Of a DNA stretch of 64,000 bases, positions 10,826 through 20,618 are shown piece after piece. Every line of letters starts with the position of its first letter. The first letter of the stretch is position 1. Under the pieces are notes generated by a model that made no database searches, was not told the origin of the DNA, and saw only the letters and a list, made by a program, of their open reading frames with translations. Location of the stretch: positions 1,488,001-1,552,000 of the forward strand of contig CM039006.1 of assembly GCA_017499595.2 (NCBI GenBank), given 5' to 3'. This stretch comes from Psilocybe cubensis. Lineage: Eukaryota. Both the position numbers and the translations under genes were made by a program.

Positions 10826-13800
10826 ACGAGGAGGTGGTGAAGCGGGAAGGTGGATGAGCGATACGACCAGAAGATAAAGTCGTTTGGGAAGGGGGAGTAT
10901 AAACAGCACGAAGATTACTACGAATTAAGGGAGGAGACGATGGGCGAGCGTGAACAGAACGATCAGGAATAACAGAAGATAGCGAATCAGGAACGGAAAC
11001 GTCTAAGTCTACAGGAAGATCGAAAATGAAGTCCGAGGGGGCGAGGGCGAGCTTGTTGATGATGAGGGCGTGAGGGCGAGGAGCGCGAGGGTGTTGGCGA
11101 TGGAAGCGTTCGACGATTTCGTTGGCGGTTGTCGGGAGGTCTTGAAGAGCAACCCATGAAGACTCCTCGGCTGGGAGATCCTTCCAGCGGACGAGGTAGT
11201 CGAAGCGGTGGCCAGTCTTGCGGCAATCGAGGAGGTCGTGGACGGTGTGAGTTGAATCTTCAGCGAGGGCGAAAGGTTCAGGGGAGGCGTGGGGGTGGAA
11301 TTCGGAGGGATCGGAGTAAGGCTCGAGGACCGAGGTGTGGAACACGGGGTGGAGTCGCGAGAGATAGGCAGGAAGGCGGAGGAGGTAGGCGTCGTTGCCT
11401 ACTTCGCGGATGACTGGGAAGGGTCCAAGGCGGCGATGGTCGAGCTTAAGCGAGGGTCGGGTGGTGCGAATGTTGCGACGTAAGAGCCATACAAGTTCGT
11501 CAGGCTTGTATTTGGGAGACGGGAGGACGTGTTTATTGAAATTGGTGCATTGACGTTGCTGGGAGAATTCGAGCTCGGCCTTGAGTTCGGTGTGGATGCG
11601 GTCGAGGCGTTGGGTGAGTTCGTCTGCAGCGGGGACGGTGGACAGCTCGGAAAGTTGTGGGGAAAAGGTGGGGTGGAAGCCGAGGTTTGCGAAGAATGGT
11701 GTTTGTTTCGTCGAGGAGTTCTCGTTGTTGTTGAATACAAATTCGGCGATCGGCAAGTAATCGACCCAGTCGTCCTGCTGATAGGAGACATAAGCGCGAA
11801 GGTAGGTTTCAAGCGTCTGATTTGTACGTTCGGTGAGACCGTCGGTACGAGGGTGGTAGGCGGTGGAGTGACGGAGTGTGATGCCAAGGTGCGAGGTGAG
11901 GGATTTCCAGAAGTTGGAGACAAAGAGCGAACCGCGGTCGGAAATAATGGAGTCAGGGAGACCGTGGTGTCGGAAAAGCCGATCGAGGAAAAGCCAGGCA
12001 AGGTCGGTGGCAGTCATGTCCTCAGTGCATGGGATGAAATGTGCAGCGCGCGTCAGACGATCACAAACGACGAGAATGGAGTCATACCCGTGAGACTTGG
12101 GAAGCTTAACAATAAAGTCCATCGAAATGGATTTCCATGGGCGGTCGGGGATGTCGAGTGGTTTGAGGAGTCCATAAGGCTTGTGACGAGGGGCCTTGAT
12201 ACGAGCGCAAGTATCGCAGGCTGCAACATAGCGTCGAACAAAGGTGGTGATGCCAGGCCAAGAATAGTTGCGAAGAACGTTATTGGCGGTGAGTGTGCGT
12301 CCAGGGTGGCCGCTGATGACGGCGTCGTGGTGTTGGTAGAGAATGTCGGTGCGGAGCGAAGGGGGGACGTAAACACGACCATTGTGAAAAACAAGGTCAT
12401 TCTGGGTTGAGAAACTGGTGTCTCCACGAAGGAGAGCCTCGCGCCAGGTGGTGTCGTGCTGGAATGCGGTTTTGAATTGTTTGAGGAGTTCAGAATTGTC
12501 GATGGAGAGCGTTGCAATGGCGGAAATTCGTGCAGGAGGGGGGGAAGTGTCGGAGGATGGGAAAATGTGCTGTGTGTGGTATGGGGTAATGATGGAGCGG
12601 TGCTGGGATTTGAGAACGTCATCTCCCTTTTGAGGGAGGAAGTCGGGGCGGCGGGAAGGTCCGTCTGCAGGGTTTTGTGAGCCGGGCTTCCAAGAGAGAG
12701 TAAAGTCAAAATCAGATAGAAACATAGCCCAGCGGGCCTGGCGACGGTTGAGAACACGAGATGACATGAAATACTCAAGGTTTTTGTGGTCACAAATCAC
12801 GGAAATTGGCTGAGCGGTGCCCATCAACCATGCTCGCATGTCGCGGAAAGACTCGATAATGGCGAGGAGTTCTTTGTCGTGGATGTCGTAGTTGATTTCG
12901 GCGGGGGAGAACTTGCGCGAGAAGTAGGCGACAGGGTGAAGGGACCCAGATTTGTCAGGTTGTTGTAGGATGCCAGAGAGGGCAAAGTCGGATGCGTCGG
13001 TGGAGAGGGTGGCAGGCTTGGTAGGATCATAGTGGCGAAGAACTGGGTAGGACAAGAAGGTGGACTTGAGCTTCTCGAATGCGTTGTTCTCAATGTCTGT
13101 CCAGACGAAGGGGTTGTTCTTGTGCGTGAGGCGATTAAGTGGGAGGGCAATAGAGGCATAATGGTCAACAAAGCGGCGGTAGAAGTTGCAGAAACCAAGA
13201 AAGACTTGCACATCGTGGGAAGAACGCGGAGTTGGCCAGTCAGCGATGGTTGACAGTTTCTTGGGGTTCATCTTGATACCATCAGCACCGACGAGAAAAC
13301 CAAGGTACTCAACTTGGGGCTTGTCAAATTCGCATTTCTGCGGGTTTGCGAACAGGTGAGCGTCCTTGAGTTTGTCCAGAATGAGTTTGACATGAGCATC
13401 GTGTTCCTCCTGTGACCTAGAAAACACCAAGATGTCGTCAAGATAAACAACACAAAACACACCAAGATATTCGCGAAGGGTGTCCTGGATGAAGGATTGG
13501 AAGGTGGCGGGTGCATTGGTGAGTCCGAATGGCATGACGAGATACTCGTACAACCCCTTGGGGGTGCGGAAAGCTGTCTTCCATTCGTCGCCGTCCCGAA
13601 TGCGTACAAGGTTGAATGCGTTTTTCAGGTCGATTACGGAAAACACTTTGCAGCCCTGTGTCTGGTCCAGAAGATCGTCAATGTGTGGGATAGGATATCG
13701 GTTCTTCTTGGTGATGGAGTTGAGGCCGCGGTAGTCGACACAGAGGCGGAGCTCCCCAGTCTTCTTCTTGACAAAGAGGATGGGTGATGCAGCAGAGGAA

Positions 13801-15038
13801 GTTGAGCGACGGATGAAACCTTTGGCCAGGTTCTCATCAAGGTACTCGCCGAGGGCCTTGCTTTCATCCTGGGAGAGTCGATAGAGGGGTCCAAACGGCG
13901 GAGACTTCCCGTCTTCAAGTTCGATGGCGCAGTCGTAGGGACGATGGGGTGGCAAATTGTCCACGGCCGTGGGCGAGAACACTGTATTAGCCCACGCACT
14001 GTACTTATCCGGGACATGGGATGGGGTTGCTCGGGTGGTAGATGGTGGGTCGGAGATGTCGTCGGAGAGTGGTGAAGGTGAAGTTGCGGCAATGTAGACG
14101 GGTGAGTCAATAGAGTGGAAATTGATGATACCGACCTGCTGATTCTTTGCGTATTTGGCAAAGCGACGTGAATTGCAAGTAGATATCTTGAGGGGCGGTG
14201 GAGCGAGGGGGTTGTCAAGGGGAGAGCGACCGGAGCCGGCCCAACGAGAGAGGTGATCCAGGATGGAGCGGGGAGGTTGAGTTTGAGGGGGCGGTTGTGA
14301 TTCCGAGGGTGCGAGCGGCGCCTTGGGAGTCGACAAGGTGGCAGGGTTGCGAAGTAGACCGGGGCCTAATCCAACAGCAGTGACAGAACATGCTTGGAGG
14401 GCAGGAACTGGGGCAGGAACACCAACAAGACCGAAGCCTTTGGGACGAATGCGAACCGGTTCTAATGAGGTAAGGTTGCAACAAGAAAGAGAAATAGTGG
14501 GATCTGACCAATCAACATCAGGATTGTGAAGACGCAGCCAATCCAGGCCAAGAATAATCGGAAATGATACGGAAACCACAGCAAGAGGGAGAGTTTCGGT
14601 ATGTTTACCAATAGAAATATTAGCGAAGACATCTTGAGTAACCAATCCAGATGCGATAGGGCGGTCGTCAACAGCCAGGATGGGGATTGGAACGTCTTTG
14701 AGTCGTCGAGGCAATGAATGTCGCGAAGCAAAACGGTCAGATATACATGATTGAGAAGCACCTGAGTCTATGAGAGCCGTAGTGCGAATTAATGAGCGGT
14801 TTGGGAAACGGAGGGTGACTGGGATGATGAAATGGTGTGGAGCGTGAGGCGAGGCAACGGAAGATATGTAGCGAGGGATGGGAAAATCGGGGCGGGGGTA
14901 CCACTTTCCGTCAGAGCAACGGGCATGGCTGGGCGCCGCTGGGGCAAGAGCAGGATGGGTCCTAACATCAGTTTTCGGCAGCCCAAGGACCTTGTTCGAG
15001 GAGCTACCGGTTAGGCTTTTCCCGAGGCAGGGGAAGCC
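10824..15038 (-). CDS. pol: Pol polyprotein (aspartic protease, RT, RNase H, integrase, chromodomain), probably expressed by -1 frameshift from gag
   Basis: Frame is open from 15038, upstream of the ORF-track start, and includes protease LIDSGA (~14760-14775), RT YLDD, RNase H TDAS, integrase HHCC zinc finger and SMDFI/SDRG, GPF motif and chromodomain YLVRWKDLPAEESSW. Confidence 0.95.
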   Translation of the reverse strand, partial: GFPCLGKSLTGSSSNKVLGLPKTDVRTHPALAPAAPSHARCSDGKWYPRPDFPIPRYISSVASPHAPHHFIIPVTLRFPNRSLIRTTALIDSGASQSCISDRFASRHSLPRRLKDVPIPILAVDDRPIASGLVTQDVFANISIGKHTETLPLAVVSVSFPIILGLDWLRLHNPDVDWSDPTISLSCCNLTSLEPVRIRPKGFGLVGVPAPVPALQACSVTAVGLGPGLLRNPATLSTPKAPLAPSESQPPPQTQPPRSILDHLSRWAGSGRSPLDNPLAPPPLKISTCNSRRFAKYAKNQQVGIINFHSIDSPVYIAATSPSPLSDDISDPPSTTRATPSHVPDKYSAWANTVFSPTAVDNLPPHRPYDCAIELEDGKSPPFGPLYRLSQDESKALGEYLDENLAKGFIRRSTSSAASPILFVKKKTGELRLCVDYRGLNSITKKNRYPIPHIDDLLDQTQGCKVFSVIDLKNAFNLVRIRDGDEWKTAFRTPKGLYEYLVMPFGLTNAPATFQSFIQDTLREYLGVFCVVYLDDILVFSRSQEEHDAHVKLILDKLKDAHLFANPQKCEFDKPQVEYLGFLVGADGIKMNPKKLSTIADWPTPRSSHDVQVFLGFCNFYRRFVDHYASIALPLNRLTHKNNPFVWTDIENNAFEKLKSTFLSYPVLRHYDPTKPATLSTDASDFALSGILQQPDKSGSLHPVAYFSRKFSPAEINYDIHDKELLAIIESFRDMRAWLMGTAQPISVICDHKNLEYFMSSRVLNRRQARWAMFLSDFDFTLSWKPGSQNPADGPSRRPDFLPQKGDDVLKSQHRSIITPYHTQHIFPSSDTSPPPARISAIATLSIDNSELLKQFKTAFQHDTTWREALLRGDTSFSTQNDLVFHNGRVYVPPSLRTDILYQHHDAVISGHPGRTLTANNVLRNYSWPGITTFVRRYVAACDTCARIKAPRHKPYGLLKPLDIPDRPWKSISMDFIVKLPKSHGYDSILVVCDRLTRAAHFIPCTEDMTATDLAWLFLDRLFRHHGLPDSIISDRGSLFVSNFWKSLTSHLGITLRHSTAYHPRTDGLTERTNQTLETYLRAYVSYQQDDWVDYLPIAEFVFNNNENSSTKQTPFFANLGFHPTFSPQLSELSTVPAADELTQRLDRIHTELKAELEFSQQRQCTNFNKHVLPSPKYKPDELVWLLRRNIRTTRPSLKLDHRRLGPFPVIREVGNDAYLLRLPAYLSRLHPVFHTSVLEPYSDPSEFHPHASPEPFALAEDSTHTVHDLLDCRKTGHRFDYLVRWKDLPAEESSWVALQDLPTTANEIVERFHRQHPRAPRPHALIINKLALAPSDFIFDLPVDLDVSVPDSLSSVIPDRSVHARPSSPPLIRSNLRAVYTPPSQTTLSSGRIAHPPSRFTTSS

Positions 15039-16069
15039 TTAGTCTTCTTGTTGGGGCAGGCAGATGCGAAGTGAGTGTTCTGTCCGCAGTATAAGCAAAG
15101 CTTTTGATCCCGGCGACGTTGTTTTTCGGCAGCAGAAAGAGGTCCTAAGGGTCCTCGGCGGATCGCATCAACCTCCATAGGTACAACATCGTTGCTGCCC
15201 GATGGAAAGGACTGAGGCTGGGAGGCTGGAGCAGGAGCAGTGAAAAAGGTTCGACGGTTGTTGGTGGTGTTGGAGGGACGCGAAGAAGAGTCAAGGGAAA
15301 GGGAGTGAAGCTCGTTATCGATGTCGATGCAAGTTTTCGAATATTCTTCAAAGTCTCGGGTGAAATAACGACCCTTGCGATTACACAAGGTGGTTTTGAC
15401 GGTGTCCTTCAGACGGTCGTAATATTCCTGGATCTTGGTTTGTTCAGTCCAATCAAGTTCAGCTAGAATCTCGATATACTGATTGGTGAATACTGCACAG
15501 GAACCGGTCTGCTTTAACTTGCGCATCTTGCGAAGAGCAGAAGCATATTGATCCGAATCCTGGAAACGGGCCTTGAATGCATCTAGAAAAGCGTCGTAGT
15601 CTTGTAACAGATGGGATTTGCGAGCATCAAGTTCAAGTGTTCGATACCAAGAGGCTGGAGCACCATCAGCAAGATAAAAACTAAAGTAAATGACCTTATC
15701 TTGGTCCGTGGTCAAGGAACGACGCTGGAGGAAGATGGCGTTATTGACTTCTCGGAGGAAAGCGTCAAGCTGGTCGGCACGGCCGTTGAAAAGGCGAGGT
15801 TCACGATGCTTCGCATTGCCTCCAGAGGTAGTGGGGGGGGAGCGGTCGGCAACACGGTTGATGAGTTGCGTCAAGCTTTCTCGATGATCCCGGGTATCTT
15901 GAGAAACGGATTCGTAAGCGCGTCCTAGTGTAGCAACAGCACGCCAGAGGGTGAGTCTTTCGAGTTCGAGGTCTGCCTGAGCCTGAGCCTGAGCTTCAGC
16001 ATGTGCTTGAGCAGCGGCTTGAGCAGCCTGAGCCTGCTCGAAGGTAGTGGAATCCTGGGTGGTGTCCAT
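15011..16069 (-). CDS. gag: Gag protein with CCHC zinc knuckle
   Basis: 352-aa ORF with retrotransposon-gag signatures (EPRLFNGR, LKQTGS, VPMEVD) and CLYCGQNTHFASAC. Confidence 0.95.
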   Translation of the reverse strand: MDTTQDSTTFEQAQAAQAAAQAHAEAQAQAQADLELERLTLWRAVATLGRAYESVSQDTRDHRESLTQLINRVADRSPPTTSGGNAKHREPRLFNGRADQLDAFLREVNNAIFLQRRSLTTDQDKVIYFSFYLADGAPASWYRTLELDARKSHLLQDYDAFLDAFKARFQDSDQYASALRKMRKLKQTGSCAVFTNQYIEILAELDWTEQTKIQEYYDRLKDTVKTTLCNRKGRYFTRDFEEYSKTCIDIDNELHSLSLDSSSRPSNTTNNRRTFFTAPAPASQPQSFPSGSNDVVPMEVDAIRRGPLGPLSAAEKQRRRDQKLCLYCGQNTHFASACPNKKTKASPASGKA

Positions 16070-16130
16070 GTAGTCGTTTGCGGAGTACGAGCAAAGCGGA
16101 TAGGCGAGTAGCGAGATTCTAGAAGGGGTG

Positions 16131-16140
16131 GTCGAATCAA
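16131..16140 (-). promoter_or_regulatory. Primer-binding site of self-priming (Tf1/sushi) type
   Basis: Element-sense TTGATTCGAC, 2 nt inside the 5' LTR boundary, is exactly complementary to GTCGAATCAA within the LTR (16211-16220). It lacks the TGG start of a tRNA-type PBS. Confidence 0.75.
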
Positions 16141-16142
16141 AC

Positions 16143-16500
16143 TGTTACGGGCACGGTTGGATGAAGCCAGAAGCGAGAATCACGCGAGACGGAGAGGGGC
16201 AAGGTTCGCGTTGATTCGACGAGAGCAACTATCTACGTACAACCTGGTTAAGTAAAGAGTTGAAGCACAATACATACATTCAAGAGAACTGGAGTCCATG
16301 TAAGTTGACAGAAACCACAAGAGAGAGAGAGAGAAACAAGGAGAGGTTGAACAGAGGCATGGAATGTAAAGACAAGAAGAAAGAGGGAAGAAGGGAAAGG
16401 TGACAAGTAAACACTGAAGGAATAAGGAGAGGAACGAAGAGCGAGCAAGACGAAACAAGGCGAGGCGGTCACGAGAGCGTGCATGGCCATGACCGTGACA
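16143..16500 (-). repeat. 5' LTR
   Basis: Matches 10454-10811. Confidence 0.97.
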
Positions 16501-18524
16501 CCAGAGCTGTGTCGATTCTTTCCAAGCTGATCTGTAAAGGAACAACGCCGGTGATATCGTGTAAATCTATATGAGTGATATCAGATTAAAGGGAAATATC
16601 TCGAACAGACAGAAAAGAAGGGACCTTTCGATATGGAAGGGTCGTCCATCCATTGGGTTAAGTTCCGTCGAAGAGGTGCCAAGAGATTATGGTCTATCGA
16701 TTTTATAATGTCCTTGTCTCGAATTCCAGTCTACATGGTACATATTAGTGAGTGTTGTAACAAAAATAAATGTCAGTATATACTAGATTTTTATCGTCTC
16801 TCAACAGAAGAACGTAGAAGAGAGACAGGCATTCTACCAGACGAGCAGGTTCATGGGTATCTCGGAAACCCTTGAGCGTTAGCTTGGAAGCAAAAAGGTC
16901 TGGGGGATCGGGCCTGAAAATTATAGGTCCGAAAGTTCGAAGAAACAGAGGACTAAGAAATGGGTTCTGGCCATGCCCTGGGAAAGATAATGCCTGCAGT
17001 AAGCTCTCCTTTACCAAACCAACTGAGGCGACTCTCATCTGAGGAAATTCCGAGTCTCTTGTAAGTTCAACAAGATGCTGAAATTTAAGCTGTGGGTCGC
17101 TTAACGACAAAAGAAGCGAAAGAACCCTGAATGCTTGGTGTCGAACGGCTGGATCAGGATGTGCGCTTGCAAGGGATGGCAAAAGACCAAAAAGGGGCAT
17201 TGTGATATCATGAGGAAGATCTCGACCTCTCGGTTGTTCGTGAAGAGCCTTGACTAATACAGCGAGGGATTCGTCTAAGAAGGTGTTGGTTTGAAGAGAG
17301 GTTATAAGCACGGGTAGAAGAAGTGACAAAAGTCTTTCTGCGGCAATATCCGGAGGTTGATATGCGGATGCTACCAGGTGGGAAGTAGTACATTGACTGG
17401 TGGTAGAGGAAATTCCAAGCGAGTTGTAAGTCTCCTGAGAGAAATGAGACAAGTATAAGTGCTGAAAGGTAATTATGTCATTCGACTGACCAAAAATTTT
17501 GACATGATCTGTGCTCCCTCTTGCCAATCAACATTTGTTCTGGATAATTTGCTGAGTCGTGGATGACATTCTTCCAAAGTTCGTTGCGCTATGTTTGCTT
17601 TTATAAAACGTTCACAAGCCAGTAAAGAACGATCAAGCAGGTTATTCACTATCGTCTTGAGATGTTATTAGTATGTAAGTGTGATCAGGAATGAAAAAAG
17701 AGAACCTTGCATGCGTTCAGATCATCTAACTTTTCTTGACCAAGAGTGTCGCTCCATCGACCTATTTCCTTAACAAGGGAAAATATACTGGACAATACAG
17801 AAAGGCCTTGCACTCTGGTGGCCTTTGATGTCACAGACCCAATCAACGATCCCAGTTCTTTGCACATGGGTCTTAACGTATCTGCTGCCGATTTTCGACG
17901 CAGTGTTAACCTCGGAATCGCTATGCTTTGAGGGATCAAAATTATAGCTTAATACGGATCATTTAAACGCACCAGAGGTATATGTGTCAATGAGGATGAT
18001 GAACTGATTCAGAGTCAGATCGTACTTTGAGTCCCCTTGCCTTTGTGTGATGTCATGACCCTCCTCATGTTCACTCTCTACATCCAGCGAATATTCGAGT
18101 CTTTCCAAAGCTTCCTGGACTGCCATTACAACCTCTTTAGCAGAGCAATAGTGCCCTATAACCGATATAATGTCTTTGGCTGCTACATCCTTTGATGAAA
18201 GAAGATGTGGTAAAGTATTCAAGGGGTCCTGAGCGTGTCAGATGTCTAGCATGATCTGCTTCAGACTGGAAAGCGAGGAGGTGCATACAAGGTATTTAGG
18301 TGCATCAGTTGAACTAATGATTTTATGAAGGTCCGAGAGCGTCGATCTAGGATCTTTGTCGTGCACGGCGGAGGTAATAAGGGCTACAAGCGCTGAACTG
18401 GCTTCCTAATACACATTAATCAAGCAACAGCGAGTCGCACAAAGCTCAACTGACGACTTGCCTCCTCCTCACAATCCTCTGGAAGTTGTAAAACTGCGGC
18501 TAGGTGTTTGTCGATCATGATCAT
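16469..18524 (-). CDS. YAP-binding/ALF4/glomulin (Ybp1-like) family protein, multi-exon; last codons now supplied by the LTR
   Basis: Helical protein with SAKEVVMAVQEALERL, PQMRVASVGLVKE, YVLLLRDDKNL|TGIRD and LQISLERIDTAL. The last exon runs into the LTR and stops at 16469. Family assignment rests on motif recall only. Confidence 0.65.
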
Positions 18525-18850
18525 GGGTTTTAGCTTCAGGTTATTTTGAGTTAGCACAAGGTGAAGAGATCGAATGGATAAGATGAAAACGAGTCGCGCG
18601 AATAGCACGTGATTTATTAGTCAGCATTTCGCATCAACAAGCGCAACAACAACAACAACCTATTCATGGATCACGATCACAATTCGACCGACAAGTAACC
18701 ACAAATCCCACAAGATGATCAGCCCATGAATTTTCTGGATCGCTCCAGACCATGGCCAAACTGTTTGTCGCGGTTCAGACTTATACTCCGTATATAGGAT
18801 GGAAGCCACATTGACTGAAATAATCCACGCTTTTGTGCTCGGGGCCTGGT

Positions 18851-19537
18851 CTACTTCACTTTCACGGTGCGAAGCATAATCATTCGAGGACCCGGGAAGC
18901 TCCCCTAGAGGTCTGTCCGCTTTTTTGCCCGATTTTGGCCCTCAAATCCGCATTGTTTTGGGCCTCAAATCCGCAAAAGCGGACAATGATATTTACTAAT
19001 TTAGACCTTCCCAATTGGGAAATTTTTTCTCCCTGCGGGGCATGAAAATCGATTCCGGCCTCGGATAATGCCGGAATCACGCTTTTAAATGTTTTACTGG
19101 CAAAATGCCATTGTTGGTGCCTAATTGAACCCAAAAAAGCTCTTTCAGGGCACGGTTTCCCATGGACGACGTGATAGAAATTTTTTGAAAAAATCTTGTC
19201 CAATTGGCCCTAAAATCCGCAAAAAGCGGACAATGCTTGGGTCAAAATGCCCTCAATCCGCCAAAAGTAGGACAATGATTTGGCCAAATTTTGGCCCTCA
19301 AATCCGCAAAAAGCGGACAGACCTCTAGGGGAGCTTCCCGGGTCCTATCATTCGGCCTTGTTATCTTCACCCTGCGATGCGGTTAAAATATGTGAGTGAG
19401 CTCCCCCGGGAGCTTGTTCAGAGTTTTCATTCTCCTGTGACTCATACGTAGTCTTGTCATCTTTGTGATATCCTTCGTTAATCTTGAGGTAGTCTTCTTC
19501 ATACCATTTCTCAAGTTGTTGGTTATCACGCTAAACA
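18851..19537 (-). repeat. Duplicated last exon of the 5836-6596 gene (source 5807-6025), interrupted by MITE copy 2
   Basis: 18851-18886 plus 19355-19537 align with 5807-6025 with scattered substitutions; no upstream exons accompany it. Confidence 0.9.
18887..19346. mobile_element. MITE, 460 bp, copy 2
   Basis: Same TIRs and body as 7313-7772; 8-bp TSD ATCATTCG (18879-18886 and 19347-19354). Confidence 0.95.
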
Positions 19538-20618
19538 ATTACTGGGTCTTATTTTCTTTGAAAATATATATGAGCGCCAGCGGTGTTCGGAAGTGCATTC
19601 CTTCGGAGTTATAATATTTGCCGATGACTCAATGGTAAGCGACCATCGATGCATCAATCCGAAGGTACTGAGATGCCGAACAAATGCCGACCGGCAGAAC
19701 AGACGCAAGCAATACATACACAAGGCATATTGAATGTCAACGATGTTCTCATCCGAGGCGAGGACCCACCGCGAGGCAGTCGACCTTCATCTTGATGTAA
19801 CCTTACCCGAGACTCCCACCTAAAGCCCCTTTTTTCATGAGTTAAAGTCTTAAAGAGCCAAAAAAAGATTGTCATGATTAAGATGTATTCGCAGAATCTT
19901 GCGCAGCTCTTGTTCCTGGCCTATACCTCCCGGAGTAATGGAACATCTATTTTATTCCGTCAAATCAGTCCTCCGTGGAGGACACAATGTGCGAAGTATC
20001 TGGGTGCTGAAAGCGAGTTGCTGGATTTACACTTTCTGACTTAATACTGATTCTACAGTAAAAAAGTACAAACTCCAGGCTAATTTAGCACTGTCTTTTG
20101 CACCTCAGTGCTCGTGTCGAAAATTGGGTTCGTTCTCTGGCTGTCAGAAACGTGGATGGAAATGAAAAGTCGTTGTTGTGTTGTCCCTCTGATTCCAGTT
20201 TCGCTCTTATCAATGTGCTCCGACATGTTCCCATGAACACGACATGGTGTGACCTTCCATTTAGAATCTATCCGGTGCGCTTCCTTATCACTCGTACCCC
20301 TTGTCCCTTCTGGGGCCTGATTTTCTTTCAGAGGTCTTCAATCTGGAGCAACTTTACACTTCTATGCCTATTATGATCAATATTGCTAGAACAAATCGGG
20401 TATTTTTCTCATGTCGTAACCAGGTGCGCGATGTAACTTCAACACGGACTTATCAAATCTCACTGACAATCTTATATTTAGACCATGTGGTGCACCTTCC
20501 CCACAGTTCTCAAATCTATAACTCGAAGCCAAATACATTGGAGTCCTTTTTAACTGTTGTCTTCTCACTTCACTGGCTCTCCTTTCTACACTGTAGTGGC
20601 AACACATCTAGCACCCTG

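Larger units (their letters stand above)
10454..16500 (-). mobile_element. Full-length Ty3/Gypsy LTR retrotransposon (chromovirus)
   Basis: Two 358-bp LTRs with TG...CA ends; 5-bp TSD CCAGA (10449-10453 and 16501-16505); gag then PR-RT-RNaseH-IN-chromodomain. Confidence 0.98.

Noticed and set aside
10491-10909. Hydrophobic ORFs in the LTR suggesting an env-like gene
   Set aside because: They result from the pyrimidine-rich LTR strand, recur in both LTRs and are not a separate ORF between pol and the PPT.
11529-12410. 293-aa ORF antisense to integrase
   Set aside because: Explained by pol codon bias; Val/Gly/Glu-rich with no recognisable motif.
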